DNA from: Erythrobacter sp.
GTDB taxonomy: Bacteria > Pseudomonadota > Alphaproteobacteria > Sphingomonadales > Sphingomonadaceae
Direction: 5' to 3'
DNA length: 64,000 nt
Assembly: GCA_039972775.1 (NCBI GenBank)
Contig: JBDWMF010000011.1
Span: forward strand, 102,851 to 166,850
The notes under the pieces are model-generated. The model was given only the letters and a program-made list of their open reading frames with translations, was not told the DNA's origin and did no database searches. How positions within the stretch are numbered: the first letter of the stretch is position 1; every line of letters starts with the position of its first letter. Positions 17,990 through 26,794 of this stretch are shown piece by piece. Position numbers and translations under genes: made by a program.

Positions 17990-20035
17990 TCATTCAGATG
18001 GGCGTCGCCCGAGCCACGCATTGCGACTAGCTTTGTCGAAGTCACCAAAGGCTTCCCGTGCAATCACATAAAGAATTTTACAGCCAGCCGCGAGTACACC
18101 GCCAATCGTGCCCGAGATTTTGGAGATGCCAACGCGCCTGCGATAATGCGTAGGACGTTCGCAGATCTTCATATTCATTTTGGCAGCACGTACCTGCATT
18201 TCGATAGTCCAGCCAAAATCACGATCCGTCATTTGCAGCTTTTCCAATGCGTCGCGGCGTATCGATCTGAAGGGGCCAAGGTCGGTGTAACGCACGCCCC
18301 AGATCAACCTAACCAAGGCGGGCGCGAGCCAGTTTCCAAACCGCTGCGGCATGCTCATGGCACCAGGCTCAATCTGTCCCAATACGCGTGAGCCTATGAC
18401 CATGTCGGCCTCTCCCGCCGCAATCGGAGCGATTAACCCGGCCGCATCTTCAGGAACATCGGACAAGTCAGCGTCCATAAACAGAATGATATTGCTGCTC
18501 TGATCGGCTACTGCCAAGCCCGCCAAGCAGGCAGCGCCATACCCTCTTTCTGGCTGCGAGACGAGGATCGCTCCCGCCTGCTTCGCGACCAAAGATGTCC
18601 GGTCTGTCGAGCCATTGTCCGCGACAATGATCTCGACAAACCCACCGGGATTGGCGCCTAAGATGCCGCGCACGGCATCTCCCACGGAGCTTTCTTCATT
18701 CAGTGCCGGAATTATAACCGAAACCCTTGGTTCAATAGCATCTCTTGTGCTTGCCTTTACTCGCCTCCGGGCCATTTTTTGGCGCCAGAGATCGTACAAA
18801 ATCGCCGTTCCGATCAGTGTCCATTGCGCATATTGCGCGACCGGATGAACCTCAAATTCGTTGAGCGTGAAGTCCTCCAAATTGAGCCCAGTCAGATAAG
18901 AAAGCGGCAATGCGGCGGAGGCGACATAGGGCCAGACCTCCTTGCGTCCGACTGCTAGAGGTAGCAACCACATTAGGTACCAAGTGTTGACCGCTGGAGC
19001 GAACAGCAAGATCACCCCAAAAATTGCTGCCAACGGAACTTCTTCGAAACTGCGCGACCGAGCATGCAGCCAAAATACAATGAGACCAGCGATAGCGAGC
19101 GCAGTCAGCCTTCCCCAGGTGGGGCCGAGGACAAGAAAAAGTGGCAGATATGCAATTGGGTTGAAATGCCAAGTGGTGGCAAATGTCTGAGTTGAATCCA
19201 GTCCGGCACCATGGCCTTGAAACACAAAAACTCCATAAAGCAGCAGCAATGTACCAATTGCGCTAAACAGTGCTCTTGGACGTAGCCGCAGCAATATCGG
19301 CCAAGCGGCCAGCGCCACCAGTTTGACGCCCGCAGCAAAAGCCAGAAGACATCCAGCCCATACCGGGTGACGCCTACCCGCAAGCACAGCTGCAAATATC
19401 ATCAAGCCCACAAAAATATCTGCATGCAGATGCAGAGTACTCTCCGCTACAACCAGTGGGTTCCATGCGAACAAAGCAACGCGATCAGCGCGATATTTAC
19501 GAAGCAGCAACGCACCAAGAAGGATAGAGGCGCAAGCGAATACTATTCGCAGGCCCAACTCATCCGTGCCAGAAAACAGGCTGGTGAATGCGAAGATTAT
19601 CTGGAGAACGGGCCCGTATATGGTCGGATATTGGGGGTAGTTTATCCATTCGAGCACGCCCTGCATCGCTGGGGGTATATTCTCATCTCCCACAAAATCT
19701 GCCGGCGAAATTCCATAGGGTGTTCCGGTCTCAAGAACGCGCCACCCATCCCAAATGAAACGGTAATAATCGTCTTCAAAAACGGTCTCGCCAAATAATG
19801 CGATACCATGGCCGATAATCGCGATCGCCAGAAGAATCACAGGCTTGATCTGAGCAGAACGCCAAAGCAAGGCGCTGCTCATGGCGCTGCCGATAGTCAA
19901 TACGCTGACATAGGTGAGAACCGAGGGCGCCAATTCTCTGGACAAGATCGTCAGCGCAAGGATCGTCGCCAAATAGGCCAGCGCCCCGCAGACCGCTTGG
20001 CTGCGAGACGCATTGGTTGAATCTGTCTCAGGCAC
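17990..20035 (-). CDS. fusion protein: ~430-aa polytopic membrane domain plus a C-terminal family-2 glycosyltransferase (TIGR04283-like)
   Basis: The C-terminus VSVIIPALNEE...IIVADNGSTDRT...GYGAACLAG...ILFMDADLSD is a GT-A/GT2 signature. The N-terminal half has more than 10 hydrophobic helices. Confidence 0.8.
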   Translation of the reverse strand: MPETDSTNASRSQAVCGALAYLATILALTILSRELAPSVLTYVSVLTIGSAMSSALLWRSAQIKPVILLAIAIIGHGIALFGETVFEDDYYRFIWDGWRVLETGTPYGISPADFVGDENIPPAMQGVLEWINYPQYPTIYGPVLQIIFAFTSLFSGTDELGLRIVFACASILLGALLLRKYRADRVALFAWNPLVVAESTLHLHADIFVGLMIFAAVLAGRRHPVWAGCLLAFAAGVKLVALAAWPILLRLRPRALFSAIGTLLLLYGVFVFQGHGAGLDSTQTFATTWHFNPIAYLPLFLVLGPTWGRLTALAIAGLIVFWLHARSRSFEEVPLAAIFGVILLFAPAVNTWYLMWLLPLAVGRKEVWPYVASAALPLSYLTGLNLEDFTLNEFEVHPVAQYAQWTLIGTAILYDLWRQKMARRRVKASTRDAIEPRVSVIIPALNEESSVGDAVRGILGANPGGFVEIIVADNGSTDRTSLVAKQAGAILVSQPERGYGAACLAGLAVADQSSNIILFMDADLSDVPEDAAGLIAPIAAGEADMVIGSRVLGQIEPGAMSMPQRFGNWLAPALVRLIWGVRYTDLGPFRSIRRDALEKLQMTDRDFGWTIEMQVRAAKMNMKICERPTHYRRRVGISKISGTIGGVLAAGCKILYVIAREAFGDFDKASRNAWLGRRPSE

Positions 20036-20068
20036 AGTTGCTTTGCCCGATGCGGCTATACTGATGGT

Positions 20069-20404
20069 TTAGACACCGAACCGCTGCCGCAAATAGAACA
20101 GAACAGCTTGACGGTTTTTGTCGTTCAGCTCGAACTTTCCATTCCGCACGGCCTGGGCGACCTCAGGTGCAGTCTGCCGGTTCAGCTTGCCGTTGTACTC
20201 ACATTTTTTGCAGGTGATGCGCTTGCGCACTTGCGATTTGCCGCGGCGTTCCAGACGATCAGCTTGTGAGACCTGTGAACCCGCGCTGGAACCGCTTCCA
20301 AAACCACCAAAGCCGCCTCCGCCACCACCAGAACCTGATGCGGCTGCTGGAGCGGACATCACGGCTAAGCCAAGCGCAGCCACTGTTATTATTACGTTTT
20401 GCAT
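20069..20404 (-). CDS. small secreted protein with a Gly-rich linker, hypothetical
   Basis: 111 aa. GGAGGA lies 7 nt upstream of the ATG. It has the signal peptide ...AVMSAPAAA, then SGSGGGGGGFGGFGSGS, then a basic C-terminal domain containing CKKC. Confidence 0.55.
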   Translation of the reverse strand: MQNVIITVAALGLAVMSAPAAASGSGGGGGGFGGFGSGSSAGSQVSQADRLERRGKSQVRKRITCKKCEYNGKLNRQTAPEVAQAVRNGKFELNDKNRQAVLFYLRQRFGV

Positions 20405-20486
20405 AGTTCTGATCCTCCGTCGAAATCGTTCTCAAACCTTTATTCGGATGTCCGGCAGAATTGGTTACAAAAAACTGACAACAAAC

Positions 20487-21044
20487 TTATGAGCCATAGG
20501 AGATTAACTGCTTGCGCTCGAGCAGACGCCCCCAGCTGTCATCATACGGATGAATGCTTTCAGTCGCTGCCCCCGCTTTATTTTGGAGCGGGCGCCCCTG
20601 ATTGTGCCAACCAAACAGGCCGTACTTCAAATTCACCACATCAGCGGCTCCTTGCGCCTTGAGTGCACTTTGGATTCGGCTAGCGAAATTGCTGGAACGT
20701 GCACCGACCGAGCAATAGAAAACCGCTGTCTTACCGCTTGCCAAAGTTCCATAGCTCGCCAAGAACTCCGCGGTCGGCATTTCCGGAGAAATACGAATTG
20801 CGCCGGAAATATGGCTGACCGCAAACTCATCCCCCGCGCGGGTGTCAAAGACGATATGCGAAGCAGGGTTCGATCTCGAAAGCTGTTCAGCAGAGATATG
20901 CGCCACCGACGGGGATTTCGCCGCAATACCTTGGTGCACGCCGACCAATCCATCTTCTGCATCCAACCACAGCGCGGCTGCCCCGCCAAGCAAGACTACG
21001 CCAACAATCGCGCTCAATCCAAGGTTTCGCAATCCAATACTCAT
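20487..21044 (-). CDS. membrane-anchored rhodanese-domain sulfurtransferase
   Basis: It has an N-terminal transmembrane helix, followed by ...FDTRAGDEF..SHISGAI... and the active-site loop FYCSVGARS. Confidence 0.8.
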   Translation of the reverse strand: MSIGLRNLGLSAIVGVVLLGGAAALWLDAEDGLVGVHQGIAAKSPSVAHISAEQLSRSNPASHIVFDTRAGDEFAVSHISGAIRISPEMPTAEFLASYGTLASGKTAVFYCSVGARSSNFASRIQSALKAQGAADVVNLKYGLFGWHNQGRPLQNKAGAATESIHPYDDSWGRLLERKQLISYGS

Positions 21045-22009
21045 TATGTCTTGCCTCGTTTTGTAAAAGGCCGAACCAAATAATCCCGCCAGTTTTCGAG
21101 TGGTTCATAGCCATCAATGCCGGTCGGATGAAAAGTTTCATCGGCGGGCATATGCTGCGTGCCAAAAATGCGGTCGTAGAAAGAGAAGAAGGAGCAGTAA
21201 TTTCGGCCCCAATGCTCAATCTCTCGGGAATGATGAAAATGGTGATAGATGTTGTCCGCTAATAAGTGGCGAAGCAGCGGCGGGAATGACAGCGCCGGAT
21301 TGTCCGAATGCATGTAATAATTCGAGACGAGGTAGAATGTCGTTAGCACGGCAACATAGCTCTGCGGGTTCTCAACAATCACAATGAGCGGCACTGTTAT
21401 GACCGCCAGATAGATCGCATCCTGCGCCCAGTGAGAATAGCTGCGCGCGGCGTTCATACCCTCGATTTGGTGATGGATAGCGTGCAACCGCCACAATATT
21501 GGAAAGTGATGCAGGGCGCGATGGAGCCAATATTCAAACAGACCAACCAGCAACATAAATAGAACCGGAAACAAGACTAATAGAGGTCCCAAGTCCCGCG
21601 GTTGGAATAATGGCCTAGTCTCAATCGCAGTCAGGCCAATAAATACAGCAGATTGGAGCACAATGGCGATCACGATAGCGGTTAGGCCATAAAGTAACCC
21701 CTCCGCATAACGCGCGCGAAAATCGCTAAAACCCAATTGCCGCCACTCAAACAAAGCAAACAACAAAACCACCCCGATGTAGGAAAATACGCCATTGGCC
21801 AATGCGGCTGCAAAGCCAGCCTCAATGAAGCTTGCGCCATATTCTTCTAACCGAAAACCAATCTCGAATTGAATCCAATCAACAAAACGCAGCAACCCTT
21901 CAGCAAGGCCCAGCAATATGCCAAAGGTGAGCACAAACCGGAGCGTGCTGCGGCCCTCCACCGCCTCATCCGGCGGATTTGCATCGGTCCAATCCATTCT
22001 TTTAGCCAC
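21044..22009 (-). CDS. fatty acid hydroxylase / sterol desaturase-family membrane di-iron enzyme
   Basis: It has His boxes HRALHH, HAIHH and HHFHH. Its stop overlaps the rhodanese ATG as TAATG. Confidence 0.85.
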   Translation of the reverse strand: MAKRMDWTDANPPDEAVEGRSTLRFVLTFGILLGLAEGLLRFVDWIQFEIGFRLEEYGASFIEAGFAAALANGVFSYIGVVLLFALFEWRQLGFSDFRARYAEGLLYGLTAIVIAIVLQSAVFIGLTAIETRPLFQPRDLGPLLVLFPVLFMLLVGLFEYWLHRALHHFPILWRLHAIHHQIEGMNAARSYSHWAQDAIYLAVITVPLIVIVENPQSYVAVLTTFYLVSNYYMHSDNPALSFPPLLRHLLADNIYHHFHHSREIEHWGRNYCSFFSFYDRIFGTQHMPADETFHPTGIDGYEPLENWRDYLVRPFTKRGKT

Positions 22010-22113
22010 ACATCACCCCGCCGCACATCCTGAAAGTTGCGAGTTTTAATTCGATCCGATGGCGCGTTTGGTTACACGGGGAATCAATGGACTGACGGCT
22101 GGGGGTAGGTGGC

Positions 22114-22213
22114 GGTGCTGTCAGTCTAATCGTAAATTGTCTCCGACTGGCGTAGATTGCCCTAGACTGGCCGGCTGAGACCTCAATTAAGTGCGATTGC
22201 TCTGACAGTGCAC
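22114..22213. mobile_element. MITE-like ~100-bp derivative of the IS6-family element
   Basis: The left 45 nt (GGTGCTGTCAGTCTAATCGTAAATTGTCTCCGACTGGCG) matches the left end of the IS at 22291. The right end, GATTGCTCTGACAGTGCAC, is an IS6-type inverted repeat. Confidence 0.6.
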
Positions 22214-22290
22214 AATAAATCATGGCGCGATCGATAGAGATGTAACATCCTCAAAACAAAGCCACTTGAGAGTTGACCTTGCCCTCCAAT

Positions 22291-23133
22291 GGTGCTGTCA
22301 GTCTAATCGCAACTTGTCTCCGATTGGCGCAGCTATGGCAAAGTCGAACTAGATTTAGGCAGCAAGATTTTGCCACTCAGCAAATGCGGCTGAGCGGCTT
22401 TCCTTGAAGGTTTGTCTGTCGACGAGGTGACGCTGCGAGTTGAAATGGTTGTGGATGTTGGCGTGAACGGAAGCGAACTTTTGCAGTGATTTCATTCGCC
22501 GGAACCGCTGCATAACACGCTCTTTTCGTCGGAACGGAAGGTGGCTATTTTCCGCTCGATTATTCTTCCAGCGACCCATTTCCTGCCTGTCCAGATTGCC
22601 AAGTTCACGCATCGCAGCAGGGTATGATTTGAGACCGTCAGTAACGATTTCTTCTGCTTGGCCGTGTCGTTTCAATGCCTTGCGTAGAAACTTAAACGCG
22701 GCCTTTTTATCCCGTTTCTTAGTGACATAGCTCTCGAGAATTTCACCTTCGTGGTCGACCGCCCGCCACAGATAATGGGTCTCGCCGTTGATCTTCACAA
22801 AGACCTCGTCAACATGCCAACGCCAGTTTCTAAACCCGCGCATCCGGCTAATCCGCTGGCGTTTGATATCGGCCGCAAACAGCGGACCAAACCGGTTCCA
22901 CCACATTCGAACAGTTTCATGACTGATGTCGATGCCCCGTTCCGAAAGCAGGTCCTCGACGTTTCGCAATGAGAGAGGAAACCGGACATACAACATCACA
23001 ACCAAGCGGATCACTTCAGGTGATGAGTTGAAATAACGAAACGGACTGGCTGGTTTTGCGAAGTCTGGGCATGGCCCCTGCCCTACCCGTTCGTGCCTGA
23101 TTTTCAATCTGGTACATTTAGTCTGACAACACC
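22291..23133 (-). mobile_element. intact IS6-family insertion sequence (843 bp)
   Basis: The terminal inverted repeats are GGTGCTGTCAGTCTAATCG (22291) and the reverse complement of CATTTAGTCTGACAACACC (ends 23133). It has a single transposase ORF. I see no 8-bp target duplication. Confidence 0.9.
22355..23107 (-). CDS. IS6-family (IS26-like) DDE transposase
   Basis: 250 aa. ...FRYFNSSPEVIRLVVMLYVRFPLSLRNVEDLLSERGIDISHETVRMWWNRFGP...WHVDEVFVKINGE..YLWRAVD..G... aligns in layout with IS26-type transposases. Confidence 0.9.
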   Translation of the reverse strand: MKIRHERVGQGPCPDFAKPASPFRYFNSSPEVIRLVVMLYVRFPLSLRNVEDLLSERGIDISHETVRMWWNRFGPLFAADIKRQRISRMRGFRNWRWHVDEVFVKINGETHYLWRAVDHEGEILESYVTKKRDKKAAFKFLRKALKRHGQAEEIVTDGLKSYPAAMRELGNLDRQEMGRWKNNRAENSHLPFRRKERVMQRFRRMKSLQKFASVHANIHNHFNSQRHLVDRQTFKESRSAAFAEWQNLAA

Positions 23134-23134
23134 A

Positions 23135-23269
23135 TTGGCAGGCACAGCAGGCATGTTTGGTGAGGAAGAATTGGGCAAGAAAGCAGCAGCTTTCGAGCGC
23201 GCGTTAAGATCCGGTGTCGGCGATGAAGTGCGCGAACAATTAGCGCGGGAATTGCTGGATGCTGCTTAG
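23135..23269 (+). pseudogene. 3' fragment of an Hpt-like (histidine phosphotransfer) gene cut by the IS
   Basis: The frame opens directly at the IS boundary: LAGTAGMFGEEELGKKAAAFERALRSG...LLDAA*. This resembles the H-x-LKGSAG-x-G helix region of Hpt domains. The phospho-His codon itself is missing. Confidence 0.4.
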
Positions 23270-23296
23270 TCCCCCTTCCTTCCAGAAACGCAAAAC

Positions 23297-23320
23297 GGCG
23301 AGACCCGCTAAGGTCTCGCC
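23297..23320 (-). terminator. rho-independent terminator of the Oar-like receptor gene (possibly bidirectional)
   Basis: GGCGAGACC-CGCTAA-GGTCTCGCC forms a perfect 9-bp stem. On the minus strand it is followed by GTTTTGCGTTTCT. Confidence 0.7.
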
Positions 23321-23350
23321 GTCTTGTAACCGGTATTGGTAGCTTACAAA

Positions 23351-26300
23351 TTAGAATTCGTAACGAGCACCGATTTGAATACGCCAAGCTGATGGCCCAA
23401 TCGCAAGGAAGTTCTGATCATCAGGGTTGAAACCGCTAATAATGTAGCGTCCTTGATCATCCACGCCGCCGTCTGCAACATCGACCAGTCCGCTAAACCC
23501 GCCGCGTGAACGCAGCAAGTTTGCGCCGCTGTCTAGCAGGTTCAAGAAGTTGGCAAAGTCTGCAAACACTTCGATGCGGTCTTCTTTAATGCCGGTTAGG
23601 CTGCCTAGGAATGGCAGTTCTTGGCTCACCCGGACGTCGAGATCAAAATGCCAATCATTGCGGCATGTATTCCGTTTGATCGATTCACCTGCGGTAAAGC
23701 CACAGCCCGATGCATTGACATAGTCAATCACCGACTGAACAGCCGCAGGATCAGACAGTGGCGATACGTTTGCGTCGGTCACGCTGCTTGGAACGTAAAG
23801 CAGTGCGTTATCATTACCTGAAGACGGATCAGCAAACACGCCGCCACCATCAAATGTCAGACTGTAAGGGCGGCCTTCACGTGCGCGGAAGAAGAAGCCC
23901 AAGCTAGTGTCATAACCATCTATGAACTGCTCCCGGAAGTTAAGCGCCGCAGTGAAGTTATGGCGTGTTTCCGTAGTTGCGGTCGAAACAGCAGGATCTT
24001 GACGGTCAAATGCGCCAGTAACGTCAAACGATGATGTCGCCGTCGATGATTGGTTTGCACGCGCATTGTTCGAATCGGTGAACGAGTAACCGAATTGAAC
24101 GCTTGTGCTGCCGCCTTGCGTGATCAGACCGCTATCAAACTGCTTGCCCAAAATCACCGAGATCGAGTGCGAGTTTGAACTGCGGCCGTTGGTTAGCTGG
24201 ATGTTGTCGTCCCGGCGCGTGTTATAACATGCGGCAGACAGACCGGTGTAAACCGGCGGCGTGCCGCCTTGGTTCTGCAACACGGCGTCACAACCTGCAT
24301 TCGTCGAATCAACCGCCTGGTAAATCGGACGACCATCGACCGTAAAGCCAGTGTTGTTCACACCCTGACGAATATCAGGAGCAAGCGACAAATCGACAAA
24401 GTTGAGCGGATTGTTGAAACGCGAATAGATGTAATCAAGCTGCAAGTCCCAATCGCTAAAGAAGCCTGCCTCTGCACCAATTGTGGTTTTGAACGCGAGG
24501 CTCGCACGGGTAACCGTTGGCACATCAAAGTCAGGTGCCGTTGATTGCACATCAGCTAAACCAGCCTCTGCACTAGCTACACCCGCTGCGATCGCGCATT
24601 GAGGAAAACCAGTGAAAGCACCGCCACTTAGAACACTAATTTGACCGGTTGCAGCGTCAATAGTCAGATCACCGGCAGCACAATCAAACGTATCGCCATT
24701 TGCGCTCGAGAAGCCGTTGTTGGAGAAAGCGTTGGAGTAATACACAACGGGATCACCACCAGAGAAGATACCGACACCGCCGGTAAGGCTGCTGTCAGAG
24801 AAAAATCCTTCATTGTCGAATTCGTAGCTAGCTGAAAGCCGCGGCAGCAGAACCGTATCTATCCGAGCGAATGAATTCGCGTTGGTAAAGCCATAACGAT
24901 CAAAGAAGTTCGGGTTGGCTTGTGGTGCATCACCATCATATAATTGCACACGAATACCAGCGTTGACTGTCAGTTGGTCAGTCGCCTGCCATTCATCCTG
25001 AGCATAGACCGAGTAAATGGTACGGCCAAAAGTCGCCGCTGCATTATTGATGTCGCCGCCTTGCGCAGCTGCAATCGTTGCACCGCCCAATGCACCGCCA
25101 TTTACCAAATCATCCGCGCCACCGAAGACACTGGAGAAGAAGCCGTCTGCGACCAAACCATTTTCAAAGTCAGCAAGGTCTTCGAAAAAGATCGTACCAG
25201 TTGCGTTGATTGCGAACAGGTTGAACACTTCCAGATCGTTGATTTCAGCGCCAAGCTTAATGAAGTGGCCACTGCCAGCATCATAGCTGAGCTGGAAACG
25301 GGCTTGATCAATGCGTGTGTCGAGCTGGTTGGCAGAGCGGAAAATTCCCGGGCCCGTGCTCAATATACCGTTTCCTGTGGTGCCACTGCCATCTGGTGTC
25401 ACACCGACTGCCAAACGAACGGTTGGGTTATCTGATTGCGCTTCGCCAAATCCAACTGGACCTTGAACGTCGCCAACTTCTGCACGGCTAACTCGTAGTT
25501 CAGTTGATAGGCTATCGCTCCACTGGGAATAAAGGCGCAGCGAGTAATAATCGGAGGTCGTGCCTTCGTCTTCGAAGCTGTTGAAACCAGTTAAATTCTG
25601 GCCACCGAAATCGCTTTCGATGTTGGTTTCTTCCAGTCGCTGGTAAGTCGCCTCAAGCCGGTGATCATCGTTGATTACAGCGTCAAGACGTCCAAAGTAA
25701 CGCACGTTACCTTCTGCCAAAGTGGTCGGATACCCGCCAATATCTTGGCCATAAACCCGATTTGCGATCTCTGCGAATTGATCGAACTGAGCTTGACTTA
25801 CAAAGTTTGCTTCATTGGTGAAGCCGCCGCCAGCTGGGCCAAAGTTGTTACCCTGCCCCAAATCGGCTTCCTCGTAACCGAGGGAGAAGAACAGACGATC
25901 AGGAATGATCGGACCTGAAAGCGTCGCGCCCCAGCGCTTTTCGCTGCTGGCATTTAGAGGCGAGCCATCAATGCTGTTGGCGTAAAGGCCTTCATCAAAA
26001 TAGGTGTAGAATGCAGAGCCATGAAACTCATTGCCGCCAGCTTTGGTTACAACATTAATGAGGCAGCCAGTGAATTCAGAATATTCAACGTCGTATGGAG
26101 CAAATTCAACCGAGGTTTGCTCGATCACGTCAAAAGGTAAGGGAAGCGAGTTTCTGGCAGCGAAGGGCGTTCCGTTCAGGCCGAATGCGTCAGATTGAAC
26201 AATCCCGTCAACCGTGAAAGTGTTCGTCCGGTCATTACCGCCAAGGCAAGAAATCCGGTCAACATCATTGCTTGATTCAAGACTTACACGAGGGTCGATG

Positions 26301-26794
26301 CGGATGATGTCGCGGATGTCGCGGGTGATCGATGGAAATGCCTCAAGTTCAGCTGCGCCAAATGCTGTACCAGGGCCAACTGCAAGCTGGGTTGCGCCAG
26401 CACGGCTGCCTGTAACAACAATCGTATTATCCGATCCGCCTGCAGACGTAGCAGCAAGTTGGAAAGAGAAGTCTGTATTGCCAGAGATATTGATGAAAAC
26501 GTTCTCAACCGTTTGACCTTCATATCCAGGTGCAGTGGCTGTAACAGTGTAAGGGCCACCCGGTTGCAATGAGCCAGTCCGGAATGATCCGTCGGCGCCG
26601 CCATCCAAGGTGCGAACTGAACCAGTCCGCGTATCGGTCACTGTTACTGTTGCGCCAGAAACAGGATTGCCTGCATCATCAGATACATTGCCCTCAACAC
26701 CTGACGTGATCGACTGAGCAGCTGCAGGAGCTGCGATAGTTGCGGCGGCCGTCAAGCTGACGACGCTGGCTGCGAGAAGATATTTGATTTTCAT
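23351..26794 (-). CDS. TonB-dependent receptor with an N-terminal carboxypeptidase-regulatory-like domain (Oar-type)
   Basis: I chose the start at MKIKYLLAASV (26794), which begins a signal peptide. The N-terminal domain GNVSDDAGNPVSGATVTVTD...GSFRTGSLQPGGPYTVTATAPGY is followed by plug and barrel, and the protein ends in ...IGARYEF. Confidence 0.9.
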   Translation of the reverse strand: MKIKYLLAASVVSLTAAATIAAPAAAQSITSGVEGNVSDDAGNPVSGATVTVTDTRTGSVRTLDGGADGSFRTGSLQPGGPYTVTATAPGYEGQTVENVFINISGNTDFSFQLAATSAGGSDNTIVVTGSRAGATQLAVGPGTAFGAAELEAFPSITRDIRDIIRIDPRVSLESSNDVDRISCLGGNDRTNTFTVDGIVQSDAFGLNGTPFAARNSLPLPFDVIEQTSVEFAPYDVEYSEFTGCLINVVTKAGGNEFHGSAFYTYFDEGLYANSIDGSPLNASSEKRWGATLSGPIIPDRLFFSLGYEEADLGQGNNFGPAGGGFTNEANFVSQAQFDQFAEIANRVYGQDIGGYPTTLAEGNVRYFGRLDAVINDDHRLEATYQRLEETNIESDFGGQNLTGFNSFEDEGTTSDYYSLRLYSQWSDSLSTELRVSRAEVGDVQGPVGFGEAQSDNPTVRLAVGVTPDGSGTTGNGILSTGPGIFRSANQLDTRIDQARFQLSYDAGSGHFIKLGAEINDLEVFNLFAINATGTIFFEDLADFENGLVADGFFSSVFGGADDLVNGGALGGATIAAAQGGDINNAAATFGRTIYSVYAQDEWQATDQLTVNAGIRVQLYDGDAPQANPNFFDRYGFTNANSFARIDTVLLPRLSASYEFDNEGFFSDSSLTGGVGIFSGGDPVVYYSNAFSNNGFSSANGDTFDCAAGDLTIDAATGQISVLSGGAFTGFPQCAIAAGVASAEAGLADVQSTAPDFDVPTVTRASLAFKTTIGAEAGFFSDWDLQLDYIYSRFNNPLNFVDLSLAPDIRQGVNNTGFTVDGRPIYQAVDSTNAGCDAVLQNQGGTPPVYTGLSAACYNTRRDDNIQLTNGRSSNSHSISVILGKQFDSGLITQGGSTSVQFGYSFTDSNNARANQSSTATSSFDVTGAFDRQDPAVSTATTETRHNFTAALNFREQFIDGYDTSLGFFFRAREGRPYSLTFDGGGVFADPSSGNDNALLYVPSSVTDANVSPLSDPAAVQSVIDYVNASGCGFTAGESIKRNTCRNDWHFDLDVRVSQELPFLGSLTGIKEDRIEVFADFANFLNLLDSGANLLRSRGGFSGLVDVADGGVDDQGRYIISGFNPDDQNFLAIGPSAWRIQIGARYEF

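Noticed and set aside
22002-22223. A 73-aa minus-strand ORF upstream of the hydroxylase gene
   Set aside because: It lies across the MITE-like element and its inverted repeats, and its composition is not protein-like.
23118-23387. An 89-aa minus-strand ORF between the IS and the receptor gene
   Set aside because: It spans the IS end, the Hpt-like fragment on the opposite strand and the terminator hairpin. It is an antisense artefact.
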